64,000 nucleotides of DNA from a virus. Taxonomy: Duplodnaviria > Caudoviricetes. Under the pieces are notes generated by a model. That model was given only the letters and a program-made list of their open reading frames with translations. It was not told the origin of the DNA and did no database searches. The stretch covers positions 64,001-128,000 of IMG/VR virus record IMGVR_UViG_641201351_000001; one strand, 5' to 3'. Positions 21,767 through 31,509 of this stretch are shown here, piece after piece (position 1 is the stretch's first letter; each line of letters starts with the position of its first letter). Both the position numbers and the translations under genes were made by a program.

Positions 21767-21919
21767 CTAACCTTCTATGACCTCTCCTCCGATGAGGAGG
21801 AATACTATTTTCCCGCCCCTTTTATCCATAGCTTCTAGGGCGAATCCTGACAACCTTATTTCCTCAGCGTACCTGATGAAGTGTAGAAGATTTTCAATGA
21901 ACCTGATGACTTTGCTCAT
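21767..21919 (-). CDS. small early protein (50 aa), missing from the ORF track
   Basis: MSKVIRFIENLLHFIRYAEEIRLSGFALEAMDKRGGKIVFLLIGGEVIEG; TTGACA-17-TATCTT promoter, GGAGGTG SD, downstream GC hairpin. Confidence 0.75.
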   Translation of the reverse strand: MSKVIRFIENLLHFIRYAEEIRLSGFALEAMDKRGGKIVFLLIGGEVIEG

Positions 21920-21984
21920 GGTTCACCTCCCAACACTAAGATACCTCTTTTAGTACATTTTGTCAAGGGGGGAGTAAAAAGAAA

Positions 21985-22007
21985 AACCTCCCCTTTACGG
22001 GGAGGTT
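21985..22007 (-). terminator. intrinsic terminator (CCTCCCC-loop-GGGGAGG family)
   Basis: Perfect stem followed by a U-tract on the minus strand. Confidence 0.8.
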
Positions 22008-22021
22008 AAGGTTAGGGGGGC

Positions 22022-22252
22022 TTACTTAAACTCCTTCACATAAGGAGCTTGCAAGCCCCTCTGCCTTATTAACAAAACCCTATCAGGAAACACAGCGAGA
22101 GAGTGATGAACAAAGTCAAGCTTGCTTAGAGTTTCGGAGAAGTCCAAAAGAAGGACTTCACCAAAGTTTTCATCCTCCAAGATTTTTACCGAGATTCCGA
22201 GATTGAGGGATTCAAGGAACTCTTTCAACGCTTCTTTCTCTTGCCTAGTCAT
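22022..22252 (-). CDS. small early protein
   Basis: TTGACG-17-TAAGAT and GGAGGTG SD give a start at ATG 22252. Confidence 0.75.
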   Translation of the reverse strand: MTRQEKEALKEFLESLNLGISVKILEDENFGEVLLLDFSETLSKLDFVHHSLAVFPDRVLLIRQRGLQAPYVKEFK

Positions 22253-22339
22253 GCTCATCACCTCCACCCTCATCTTAGCACCAGAAAATAAGTGCGTCAA
22301 GAGGCATTAGCGTTTACTTAGCGTTTTAAAAAAGAAAAA

Positions 22340-22357
22340 CCTCCCCGAAAGGGGAGG
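22340..22357 (-). terminator. intrinsic terminator
   Basis: CCTCCCC-GAAA-GGGGAGG with a minus-strand U-tract. Confidence 0.8.
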
Positions 22358-22381
22358 CTACACTTCCTCTACCATTTCCAC

Positions 22382-22618
22382 TCAGGATCGGATATACATC
22401 ACGCTATCCCCGTAGTACCATGCACTAAGTACTTTATCTTTGTCAGTAACTACCACGGCCACTCCAGTTGGATTGTGAAGATTAAAGTAGATGTCGTGTG
22501 TTAGACCATACTCATCTTCAGCGATGATGTGTAAGAGATCGCCGTCTGTATAGACTTCCTTTACTTTTTTCCTGACCAAAGACCCGTTTAGTAAGATGTT
22601 TAGTACCTTTCCGACCAT
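22382..22618 (-). CDS. small early protein
   Basis: Own promoter, 5' hairpin at 22633-22651, GGAGGTG SD. Confidence 0.75.
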   Translation of the reverse strand: MVGKVLNILLNGSLVRKKVKEVYTDGDLLHIIAEDEYGLTHDIYFNLHNPTGVAVVVTDKDKVLSAWYYGDSVMYIRS

Positions 22619-22873
22619 CTTCTTCACCTCCTTGAGCCTTCCTCAGGCTCACATCTATCTTAATACCTCAGCACCTCAAAGTCAAGGCTCCATAGCGTGT
22701 ACATTATCTATTTCTAGGTGCGTATGCTTGCGATTTGCGATTTATTTACGCTAAAAGCGTAATACACGCTAAAAGCAAAATAAAAACTATCTCCAAAATA
22801 CTTTTTCCACTTAGCTTTATCAAAACACTATAGGTTATCTTTTGCGTTTACTTAGCACATCTTAAAAGAAAAG

Positions 22874-22893
22874 ACCTCCCCTTTCGGGGAGGT
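22874..22893 (-). terminator. intrinsic terminator
   Basis: ACCTCCCC-TTTC-GGGGAGGT with a U-tract. Confidence 0.8.
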
Positions 22894-22908
22894 ATCCTTG
22901 TAGGGATT

Positions 22909-23154
22909 TTACTCTACAAGGATCTTACGAATCTTGCCCTTTCTTTCCTCTATGCGCACTTTTCCAAAGGGGCTGTCCTCAAAGCCAACAAGCCTCCAGC
23001 TACTAGCACTAGTAACGCGGCATTGATCGCACCTCTTGGGTGGTTTGGTCTTAGCTTCAGCCACAAACTCCTTTCCACACTTCTCGCAAACGAGGACGAT
23101 CTTTTTAGGTGTCGGGCTCCTTTTCGTCATGCTAGCCTTTGTGCTCTTTCCCAT
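22909..23154 (-). CDS. basic C4 zinc-ribbon protein, paralog of 27036..27266
   Basis: CEKC-x15-CDQC; own promoter, 5' hairpin, SD and terminator. Confidence 0.8.
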   Translation of the reverse strand: MGKSTKASMTKRSPTPKKIVLVCEKCGKEFVAEAKTKPPKRCDQCRVTSASSWRLVGFEDSPFGKVRIEERKGKIRKILVE

Positions 23155-23504
23155 CTTTTACCTCCTTTGTCCCCTTGCGGGGACACCTTCACTATACCTC
23201 ATATCCCCCTTTTTGTCAAGACCTATCTTGTGGGGTTTATTAGGGGGGGCGCTCAAAGCGTGTAGATTTGAAGATTGTCGTGAGATTTTGAAGATAGTTA
23301 AATGTAAACGCTAAAGCAGAGATTAGGGAGAGTTTTATGAAAATAAACGCTAGGATAATAAAAGTTTTGATTTTGAGATTTTTATTTTTGGGGTTTTTGT
23401 TTTTGAGATTTTTTGATCATTGGGTTTGTTTTGGGCGCTTGTTTTAAAATCTATTGAAAGCGTTTACTTGTTTTTGCGCAAAATAAAAAACAAAACATTT
23501 TCTT

Positions 23505-23990
23505 TTAATCTTCGTAAACAATCAAAATAGCATTCTTTGATATTCCTAGTTTAATAGCTTTCTCGTAAGTATCAACTACTATATCTGCAGATTTTATGTA
23601 TCTGGAGTTCATTGTGTCGTAGACAATACCTTCAAAAATTCCTAAATCTGAGATGATTTTTACTTTTTTGCCGCAAAGATGTTTTTTACGATTTTTGTCA
23701 AAGAATAAATCTTGTGATAGCGCTATGATTGTTTCTTTAACTCTTTCTATTGGGCCACAAGAGGCAACATATGGATCATCATCAGTTTGCTGAGGAACTA
23801 AGTTATAGAAGGATAATCTATTTAGCTTTTTGGCTAGAATAATATTAAAGTCTTCTTTGCTTTTGTCTTTTATGTAAAAATTCTTTGCGATTTGATATCT
23901 TTTATGGGCGATTTTTTCTTTGATCACAAAATATTGATCAATCATTAGAGGATTGAACAAAAACAGGAAAATGGTAAAAAGTTTTTTCAT
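23505..23990 (-). CDS. 3D-domain (MltA/RlpA-like) lytic transglycosylase-like protein with N-terminal anchor
   Basis: SFYN..QTDDDPYVASCG...IALSQDL...VYDTMNSRY..ADI...AIKLG; hydrophobic N-terminus. Confidence 0.7.
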   Translation of the reverse strand: MKKLFTIFLFLFNPLMIDQYFVIKEKIAHKRYQIAKNFYIKDKSKEDFNIILAKKLNRLSFYNLVPQQTDDDPYVASCGPIERVKETIIALSQDLFFDKNRKKHLCGKKVKIISDLGIFEGIVYDTMNSRYIKSADIVVDTYEKAIKLGISKNAILIVYED

Positions 23991-24029
23991 CTTGTTCCTC
24001 CTTTGCGTTTAGTTACCGAGCCTAAAGAA

Positions 24030-24055
24030 AAAACCTCCCCGAAAGGGGAGGTTTT
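24030..24055 (-). terminator. intrinsic terminator (possibly bidirectional)
   Basis: AAAACCTCCCC-GAAA-GGGGAGGTTTT. Confidence 0.8.
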
Positions 24056-24073
24056 CTTCTTCAGGTATGCAGG

Positions 24074-24439
24074 TTAACTGACATACCTGAAGAATGGCAA
24101 CACCTTGGGGTGAGGAACTACCTCAATGATTAGTTTTTTTCCGTCAAAGCTAGAGATGATTAGCCCATCGTCAAGATATAGGTAGACATTCCTATCCCCC
24201 CTCGGAACGACAAAGAAGTTAGCAAAACCATTGTAACCCTCAGGAACCCCCCTAAGTGAAGCACCAGCGTACTCTACAAAGATGCGCCTAAGGTTAGAAA
24301 CCTCTACAAAGGCCCTAACGCTAAGCGCATCTTCACCCTTCTTCACATTCCCACCGATTTTTACATCGGTAGGCAGACCCCACTTCTCAAGGTACCTCTT
24401 GACCTCTTCCACGATCTTGTTCTGGAGTTTTTCTTCCAT
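24074..24439 (-). CDS. early hypothetical protein
   Basis: Promoter, 5' hairpin at 24453-24473 and GGAGGTG SD give the start MEEKLQ. Confidence 0.75.
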   Translation of the reverse strand: MEEKLQNKIVEEVKRYLEKWGLPTDVKIGGNVKKGEDALSVRAFVEVSNLRRIFVEYAGASLRGVPEGYNGFANFFVVPRGDRNVYLYLDDGLIISSFDGKKLIIEVVPHPKVLPFFRYVS

Positions 24440-24641
24440 CTTACACCTCCTCGCCTGAGGATTTACCCCAGGCACCTTCATCCTACCACACCTTTCGTCT
24501 TGTGTCAAGCCCTCCCCCTCTCCGAGCATTGACTTGAGATTTTCGTGCGCTTTTGCGAGAAAGCTAAAATGTAAACGCTTTGGGAGAAATGAACGCTGAA
24601 ACGCTTAAGCAAAGAATGGTGTGTCTTGTTTTGTGGTAATA

Positions 24642-25250
24642 TTAAAAGTTTTCTTCTATTTCAAAGAGAACGCAAATATAACTCCTAGAAACGACAATGC
24701 TTTCTGTTTTCTTTGATAGTGAAACTTGGGAGATTAAAGGAAAGTATATTTCTTTTTCTTTGGCAAAATCTTCTTCTTTTGCCGGATAAAAGAAAATGTT
24801 TTTGCTTTCTATTGTTTGATAGGATCTCGTTATTGGGCTGTAAAATTTTTGTTGTGTTGTTTTTATCTTCATGAGAAAAGGTTTTGTTGAGTTGATGAGA
24901 TATCTCTTTTCGTCATCATTAACATAGTTTAAATACATGCTTTCAAAAAGCAAATCTAAAAAGTCTTCTAAGCCGCTTTCTAAATCTTCTTTATTTGGAA
25001 ACATGTCAAAAGTTTTTCTGAGGTAAAAGAAAGATTTATTTACAGCTTCTAGATGAGAGAAGGGGTTATCTAGTCTTCTTTCTTTTAACTGAAAAAGTAT
25101 TGATCTGCTAAAAAACTTTGGTTTTCTAAGAAAAAGAAGCTCTTTGTTTTGTTCAAGGATTTTTTCAACTGCTTCATAAATCATTGACTTAACTTTGTTT
25201 TGGTCAAATTTTTTGCTATCTAGCAAAATTAGTTTTTTCTCTAGCCTCAT
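24642..25250 (-). CDS. array protein, C-terminus EENF
   Basis: Leaderless: TTGACA-17-TAACCT-6 nt-ATG. Confidence 0.75.
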   Translation of the reverse strand: MRLEKKLILLDSKKFDQNKVKSMIYEAVEKILEQNKELLFLRKPKFFSRSILFQLKERRLDNPFSHLEAVNKSFFYLRKTFDMFPNKEDLESGLEDFLDLLFESMYLNYVNDDEKRYLINSTKPFLMKIKTTQQKFYSPITRSYQTIESKNIFFYPAKEEDFAKEKEIYFPLISQVSLSKKTESIVVSRSYICVLFEIEENF

Positions 25251-25348
25251 GTTTTTAGGTTAGCAAAGCGCTAAAGCGTTGTCAAGCGTTATATATTTGA
25301 GATGACAGCGTTTACTTATTTTTTCGTTAGAAAAAACTAAAAATTTTC

Positions 25349-25783
25349 TCAAAACACTTCTCTTAATATCACAAACTCAACTTCTCCAAAGCACAAATAT
25401 AGCGAACTATTTTTATCATAAACTCCAAAAATTGGTTTGTATATTGAATATGATCGGTGCGCATAATCCTTTTCAGACTTTTCTTTTAAGTAATATCTAA
25501 TCAAATCTTCATAATCTTCTATTTGTATAATGTCAAGAAGTTCTAATGTTATTCTTCTTTTGAAATCCTCCACGCTTGCATGTTCTTTTAAAGCAAACAT
25601 TCTTTTTTCTTTCCAGCGATTTAAAGCGTGTTTGTAATTTTTAAAATTCTCTTTGTATTTTGAATACGCTTTCTCAAAATCTTTGTAGTAAGTAATTTTG
25701 TGAGCATAATGCTTTAGAGAAATCATCGGGCTGTAGTGAGGTTGTGCAAAAAAGTATTTTTTGGCCTTTACTTCAAAAATCAT
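25349..25783 (-). CDS. array protein family a, C-terminus REVF
   Basis: Close paralog of 25796..26221. Confidence 0.8.
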   Translation of the reverse strand: MIFEVKAKKYFFAQPHYSPMISLKHYAHKITYYKDFEKAYSKYKENFKNYKHALNRWKEKRMFALKEHASVEDFKRRITLELLDIIQIEDYEDLIRYYLKEKSEKDYAHRSYSIYKPIFGVYDKNSSLYLCFGEVEFVILREVF

Positions 25784-25795
25784 AATTAAACCCCT

Positions 25796-26221
25796 TCAAA
25801 ACACTTCATGAATTTTCACATATTCAACTTCTCCGAAAAATACATAAGCTAGATTACTTTTATCGTGAAACCCCAAAATCGGTTTATGTATCAAAAAGAG
25901 ATTTCTTTTAAACTTCCCATTCAAATATGAAGTTATCAAATCTTCGTAAGTTTCCATTGGAAACATATAAAGAACTTCTGATGTTCTTAAATTTTCAAAG
26001 TATTCTATAGGTTTTAATTCTTCCTCTAAAACAAACATTTTTATTCCCTCCCAACGATTAAATGCAACTTTGTAATTACGAAATTCTTTTTTGTAGGCTT
26101 CAAAAGCATTTTCAAAGGTTTTGTAATAGTAAATTTTGTAAGTATATCTCTTTAAGTGTATCTTTGGATTGTAGTAGGGTTTTACATAGAAATATTTTTT
26201 ACCCTTGACCTCCAATGTCAT
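25796..26221 (-). CDS. array protein family a, C-terminus HEVF
   Basis: GGAGGTG SD; paralog of 25349..25783. Confidence 0.8.
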   Translation of the reverse strand: MTLEVKGKKYFYVKPYYNPKIHLKRYTYKIYYYKTFENAFEAYKKEFRNYKVAFNRWEGIKMFVLEEELKPIEYFENLRTSEVLYMFPMETYEDLITSYLNGKFKRNLFLIHKPILGFHDKSNLAYVFFGEVEYVKIHEVF

Positions 26222-26480
26222 GACTCACCTCCTAGCATCAGGCTAACACAAGGGGTGCTAAAAGGCAAGAAGGGCTTTGGTGTGGAAAAGGGTATTAAAA
26301 TAGGGGGCCCAAAAATATGTGGATAGCGTTTACTTAGTTTTGGCAAAAATAAAAACAAAAAATAATTTCCTAGAAAATCTCTAGTGGAAAAATTTCAAAA
26401 ACTTCTATATCTCCGAACAAAAGATTTCTCTATGTACTATTGGTCTAGTTTTCATTACAAACGGAATGTTTATGTTCACC

Positions 26481-26927
26481 TCAAAAGTAAGGAAAATAGT
26501 CAGGGAAAAATATTAAGTCTACAAGTATTCTCTTCTTCGGATTATATCTATGTGTACTTTCGGCAAAAGACAATATGATTGTATCAGGAACTAAACCTTT
26601 CCTATACGCAGATATTACCTTTTTGTGAATAAAAGGATGTGGGTTTTTAATAAATTCAAAAATGTTTTTGGATTTTCTATAGTTAAGCCTGAAGTTATAG
26701 GGTGTAAAGGTAAAATATTGGTTTAGCATTAAAAACGCCTTAATACCAATATCTACAGGAATATCTGTACTTACATACTTGTATCCGCTATATTTGTGGT
26801 CTTCCTTTAATCCGTATCCTTGAGGATTAAGAAATTCATTTACATCTTGAGCATACTTTTCTAAAATTTTCTTAAAGTGCGAACTTTTTACAATATAAAG
26901 TTTTGCGTAAGTGCTGCTTGCAACCAT
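26481..26927 (-). CDS. array protein, C-terminus FPYF
   Basis: Leaderless: TTGACT-17-TAGGGT-6 nt-ATG. Confidence 0.7.
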   Translation of the reverse strand: MVASSTYAKLYIVKSSHFKKILEKYAQDVNEFLNPQGYGLKEDHKYSGYKYVSTDIPVDIGIKAFLMLNQYFTFTPYNFRLNYRKSKNIFEFIKNPHPFIHKKVISAYRKGLVPDTIILSFAESTHRYNPKKRILVDLIFFPDYFPYF

Positions 26928-27002
26928 GCTTGTACCCTATCACACACCAGGGGAATAGTCAAGGGGGGCTTAGCGTTTACTTAATTTTGGGTAAAAGAAA
27001 AA

Positions 27003-27020
27003 CCTCCCCTTTCGGGGAGG
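27003..27020 (-). terminator. intrinsic terminator
   Basis: CCTCCCC-TTTC-GGGGAGG with a U-tract; same stem-loop as 22874. Confidence 0.8.
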
Positions 27021-27035
27021 CTTGTATTCTTCTTG

Positions 27036-27266
27036 CTATTCAACCAAGATTTTCCTCACTTTACCATTCCTTTCCTCAACCCTAACCTTACCATATTTAG
27101 TATCCTCGTAGCCAATCACTTTCCATGTAGTATTCTTGCGGCAATCTTCACAATATTTAGGAGGACGGGTTTTGCTTTCGGTAACAAACTCCTTTTGGCA
27201 CTTTTGGCACACAATCAAGACCTTCTTTACATGAACATTACGGACCTTCTTTTCGTTCTTGCCCAT
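27036..27266 (-). CDS. basic C4 zinc-ribbon protein, paralog of 22909..23154
   Basis: CQKC-x15-CEDC; GGAGGTG SD gives the start MGKNEKK; same C-terminal RKILVE. Confidence 0.8.
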   Translation of the reverse strand: MGKNEKKVRNVHVKKVLIVCQKCQKEFVTESKTRPPKYCEDCRKNTTWKVIGYEDTKYGKVRVEERNGKVRKILVE

Positions 27267-27416
27267 CTTCTTCACCTCCACCCCCAAGATACCACAAAGA
27301 AAGATGATTGTCAAGGGGGGATTGAGAAGATTGACCTCGGTTGGGCTGGTTTTGCGTGAACTTCAGACTGCAAAGTTGCGAAGTTTGGAAGGGGATTGTT
27401 AAAAATAAACGCTTAA

Positions 27417-27824
27417 TCATAAATTGTCAGTTTCTTTATTTTCTTCTAGTTCCCTCAACTTTTTAGCATAAAACCACTCTAAGAAGATGATAAAAAGTGT
27501 GTTAAATAGGAGATAAAGAACTAAGTCATTTGTATAAATCTTTTTTGTTATCATTTCTGTGGCAAAAAGAAAAATAAATTGAATTACAATGAAAGCTAAT
27601 ATTAAAATCCTTAAAAGGGGAATATCTTTGAAATCTGGATAAGTTTTCAAATAAGAGTCCTCAGCTTTTTTGCCAAAATTCATCATGAATATCGCAAACA
27701 AAATATAAAATTCCTTTTCGCTTAAAGCTAATAATTTTGCAACAATAAAAGAAAATGCGTTATAAATTAAATAGAAAAACATTGACATTCTTATTGATTG
27801 TATTTGTGCTTCATGCTTGTTCAC
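27417..27824 (-). CDS. membrane protein (about 4 TM segments)
   Basis: Several long hydrophobic stretches; GAGGTG SD. Confidence 0.7.
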   Translation of the reverse strand: MNKHEAQIQSIRMSMFFYLIYNAFSFIVAKLLALSEKEFYILFAIFMMNFGKKAEDSYLKTYPDFKDIPLLRILILAFIVIQFIFLFATEMITKKIYTNDLVLYLLFNTLFIIFLEWFYAKKLRELEENKETDNL

Positions 27825-27834
27825 TTTTCACCTC

Positions 27835-28380
27835 TCAGAAAGAAATGTTCTTTTTAACAAGGTAAGCGTTAGCGTACACTCTGAAAATATCTTCTCTTTC
27901 ACCTTTAAACTCTACTTCTAACCTAAAAATTTTTATTGGCACAAAAAGATACGCTGGTATTCTTTGTAGAATTTGCAAATCATTACATGCTTTAAAAAGC
28001 TCTTTAAAGGACTTAAAGAAAAATGCATGGTTTTCTACTCTTTTTAAATTTCTTGAAATTTCTAAAAAAAACTCAGAATCAGCAGATCCTTTTACTGCAA
28101 GTGTTCTTGCTACACTAGCGGGATAAAGAAGCCAATATATGTCTTTCAAATCCACACTTTCTACCGAAACAAGTTTAAGATTTTTTAGTTTTAATATTTG
28201 CGGCCCTAACCCTTCATTTAGCATTTTAAAATCTTTTTCTATTTGAGAAAAATCATCTATGAAAACAACTTTGTTGCTAACGATTGAAGCCAATTTTTCA
28301 GACATTTTTTGAATATAGTCTTTTTCATTAAAGACTGCATATCGTTTATGTAAAACATCTAAGAATGGTGGTACTTCCAT
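27835..28380 (-). CDS. array protein, C-terminus NISF
   Basis: Own promoter and SD. Confidence 0.75.
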   Translation of the reverse strand: MEVPPFLDVLHKRYAVFNEKDYIQKMSEKLASIVSNKVVFIDDFSQIEKDFKMLNEGLGPQILKLKNLKLVSVESVDLKDIYWLLYPASVARTLAVKGSADSEFFLEISRNLKRVENHAFFFKSFKELFKACNDLQILQRIPAYLFVPIKIFRLEVEFKGEREDIFRVYANAYLVKKNISF

Positions 28381-28502
28381 TTAGGTTCACCTCCCCCCAA
28401 GAGGGAGTGTAACACAAGCCTAGGCGCTTGTCAAGAGCGCTTGATAAATGTGTATATATTTTGATAGCGTTTATTTGTTTTATGACAAAACAAAAAAATT
28501 CC

Positions 28503-29045
28503 TTAAAATATCTCGTTAAGGCTATACAAATACATCTTTCCTAGCATTGCAGAAACCTCTATTTTTAGAGAGGTTTCTTCAGGTTTTGTATTTTCAAAGG
28601 TTATGTAATAATCGGGAATAAAGATTTGACCTTTTTTAAAATCAAAGATGTTGTCAATAGCGTAAAAGTATTTTTTGCTTACAACTTTAACTCTTATTTT
28701 GTCGCTATAAATTCCATTTATTCCATTTGCTGGAACAGCATAATCTGCTATGTAAAAAGCTATATCGTTTTTAAAAGTTTTTATTTTTCTTGGCGCAAAT
28801 TTGTCAAGTAGCGATTCAAAAGGTGCGGATCTATAGTGATAAAGATTTTTAACAAATAAAGTTCCCAAATCAAGAATTGTGTCTATATCATATTTGTCTT
28901 CCTCAAAAATCATCATTGGAAGCCTTTTCTTTTCATTAAAGTCAAACTTTTTACCATTCTGAGTAATGTAGTATCTGAAGATAACAAGAACTTCATCAGA
29001 AAATTTTTTCTCAAAAACTTCAGTATTTACGATGTTTCTAATCAT
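28503..29045 (-). CDS. array protein, C-terminus NEIF
   Basis: TAATG coupling to the upstream gene. Confidence 0.75.
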   Translation of the reverse strand: MIRNIVNTEVFEKKFSDEVLVIFRYYITQNGKKFDFNEKKRLPMMIFEEDKYDIDTILDLGTLFVKNLYHYRSAPFESLLDKFAPRKIKTFKNDIAFYIADYAVPANGINGIYSDKIRVKVVSKKYFYAIDNIFDFKKGQIFIPDYYITFENTKPEETSLKIEVSAMLGKMYLYSLNEIF

Positions 29046-29575
29046 TAAAACACCTCCTCTATTTTGTATTCATACAAAACTCCAATTAATCCTTCTATCA
29101 TTCCAGAAAGTTCATCTGTATCTTTCAAAAGTATTTTCCTTTGTGCAACAAATAAAGTATCGCCTTCTATTACTTCTTTTAAATCTTTTATCTCTTCTAT
29201 TTGAGAAGGCCTAAGATAAACAATAGACATTGTGTAGTCATCAATAACATGTTCGCTATAATCATCAATAAAAACCGAGAAATACTTTTTTTCAATAGCT
29301 TTGCTACAAACAACCTTTGTGCTGAAAGTCTTCAACAAATCTCTCTCAAGAGATAAACATGACAAGTTGTTGTAAAAATACTCAATTGATCTGTAAAAAG
29401 TTTTGTTGTCTACGAAATCAGAAATAATGAAAGATTTGTACAAAGAAAACTCTCCTACTATTTCGTCAGCAAAGCGATTGTTTTCGCTAGGATAATAGTC
29501 TAGTTCTAGATACGCTTTATATCTCTTCAAGATTTTAAAGGACTTTGACTCCAAGAAACCTTCTACTGCTTTCAT
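29045..29575 (-). CDS. array protein family b, C-terminus EEVF
   Basis: Paralog of 30337 and 32833 (KAYLELxYYP...GMIEGLxGVLYEYK); start MKAVEG follows a G-rich SD. Confidence 0.8.
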   Translation of the reverse strand: MKAVEGFLESKSFKILKRYKAYLELDYYPSENNRFADEIVGEFSLYKSFIISDFVDNKTFYRSIEYFYNNLSCLSLERDLLKTFSTKVVCSKAIEKKYFSVFIDDYSEHVIDDYTMSIVYLRPSQIEEIKDLKEVIEGDTLFVAQRKILLKDTDELSGMIEGLIGVLYEYKIEEVF

Positions 29576-29618
29576 TCTAATCCCCCCCTTCTTAAAGACA
29601 TAATCATAGCAATGAAAC

Positions 29619-30131
29619 TTAAAAAATCTCTTCACGATGCTTTACTCTATATATTCTTCCAACAAAACATTTTTCAATTAATTCTACCCTTTTAAACCAT
29701 CTGCCTTCTCTAAATGACTCAACAACAGAATCAACAATAAGCAAGTAAACTGCAGGATAAAGCATTTCTAAATCTGTTATTCTCTCTCTTATGTAATTCA
29801 CTTCTGAAATCTTCATTCTATCGTAAACATAAGTTGTGTGAATTACTCTTTTGTTAGAAATAACCTTTTTCTCACTACCACTATGAGCTATAATATAGCA
29901 ATCATACTCAGGGTCAAGAACTTGGTAAAAATAAATGTATTTGCGTCCTATCTTGTCAGTTGTTAGCTTAGATATCTTTTTCAAGTATTCCTCTTTGTTC
30001 AAAATCTTCACTTCTCTAGATATGCCGCTATTAGAGAAAAAGTAGTTGGCATCTAAGATTTCTAAAAAAGGCAAAAAGTTTTTGAGGCTTTTGTAATCTT
30101 CTAGTTCTTTAATAATGCTTTCCCCCACCAT
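29619..30131 (-). CDS. array protein family c, C-terminus EEIF
   Basis: Paralog of 31510 and 32096 (FLPFLEI, KEEY, GRIYxxK). Confidence 0.8.
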   Translation of the reverse strand: MVGESIIKELEDYKSLKNFLPFLEILDANYFFSNSGISREVKILNKEEYLKKISKLTTDKIGRKYIYFYQVLDPEYDCYIIAHSGSEKKVISNKRVIHTTYVYDRMKISEVNYIRERITDLEMLYPAVYLLIVDSVVESFREGRWFKRVELIEKCFVGRIYRVKHREEIF

Positions 30132-30336
30132 GACACCTCCCCTCTTAAAGGCTACTGCTAAGGCCCTATAAAGTCAAGAAGAGAGAGGCAAGGCTTTATG
30201 AAGCACAAAAGCTAGGGGGGGGAAGATATATTTAGGATAGCGTTTACTTGTTTTTAACGAAACAAAAATCAAAAAGCTTCATTTGGAGTGTGGAAATGTC
30301 TATAAAACGGGGGACTATTTACTATGTCTTTAATCA

Positions 30337-30876
30337 TCAAAACACCTCCTCTATTTTGTATTCATATAAAACTCCAGCCAATCCTTCTATCATTCCAGGA
30401 AAATCGCTAACATCATCAAGTAATATTTCTCTTTCAGCAACAAATAGTTGGTAGTTTCCTACTAGTTCTCTTAAGCTTTTTACTTCTTCTATTTGTGAAG
30501 GTTTGAGATATGAAACGACTATTGAGCTAACTTCATTGCTATAATCAACATATTCGTCAATAAAAAGCGAATAATATTTTTTGGCAATTCTCTTGCCACT
30601 AATAACTTTCGTATCAAAAGTTTTAAATAAATCTCTTTCTAATGTTAAACCAGACATAACATTGTAGTAATACTCAATGGCCTTGTAAAAGATTTTGTTG
30701 CTTACATAGTCAGAAATAATAAAAGCCTTACAACGAGAAAATTCTTCAACTATTTCGTCTGCAAAACGATTGCTATTGTTTGGATAGTAATTAAGTTCTA
30801 AGTAAGCTTTGTATATCTTTAATGCTTTAAAGTTAGCCGATTTTAAAAATTCCTCTAAAACTTTCACCTGCATCAC
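30337..30876 (-). CDS. array protein family b, C-terminus EEVF
   Basis: Paralog of 29045. Confidence 0.8.
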   Translation of the reverse strand: MMQVKVLEEFLKSANFKALKIYKAYLELNYYPNNSNRFADEIVEEFSRCKAFIISDYVSNKIFYKAIEYYYNVMSGLTLERDLFKTFDTKVISGKRIAKKYYSLFIDEYVDYSNEVSSIVVSYLKPSQIEEVKSLRELVGNYQLFVAEREILLDDVSDFPGMIEGLAGVLYEYKIEEVF

Positions 30877-30884
30877 CTCCTTTC

Positions 30885-31373
30885 TCAGAACATGTAATCA
30901 TAGGTCAATAAAAACCCCAGACCTAAAATATTGTGTGTTTCTTTCAATTTTCTAAAGCCTGCATTTAACACAAAAAACTCATCGTACTCCATAATAGGAA
31001 GAAACATAAAGTCTGTAAAATAATCTTCAATATGTGGCTTTACGAATGAGAAAATATTTTCCTCGTTTATTTCTTTAAATAAGATTTTTCCGTTTTCATC
31101 GTTAGTTACAAAAAATAGCTTTTCTTCATCGTAAAACTTAATATTTTTCACTTTTCTATCAGCGTCTTGATCTAAGGAAGCTTTTATTGCAGTATTTAAA
31201 AAATGTTCAAAATTTTTTCCTCCCAGATCAGTTTCGTATATGTGAGAAATCGTTGAAGCCACATCATTATCAAAATAATAGTATTTGATAGTTACTATTG
31301 AAAAGTGTCTTGCTTTAAACATTCCACTAATCTTCTTGATTTTTTCGTTTACTAAGCGAATGTATTCTTTCAT
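30885..31373 (-). CDS. array protein, C-terminus DYMF
   Basis: Own promoter; SD gives the start MKEYIR. Confidence 0.75.
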   Translation of the reverse strand: MKEYIRLVNEKIKKISGMFKARHFSIVTIKYYYFDNDVASTISHIYETDLGGKNFEHFLNTAIKASLDQDADRKVKNIKFYDEEKLFFVTNDENGKILFKEINEENIFSFVKPHIEDYFTDFMFLPIMEYDEFFVLNAGFRKLKETHNILGLGFLLTYDYMF

Positions 31374-31509
31374 CTCTTCACCCCCTCGCCTTAGTTTAAA
31401 GGACAAAACGCCTTAGGTCAAGTAGCGTGCAAGCGCTCAGTTGTCTATATATAGAGGATAGCGTTTATCTAACCTTTCACAAAAAAGAAAAAAATAAAAA
31501 ACAATAATC

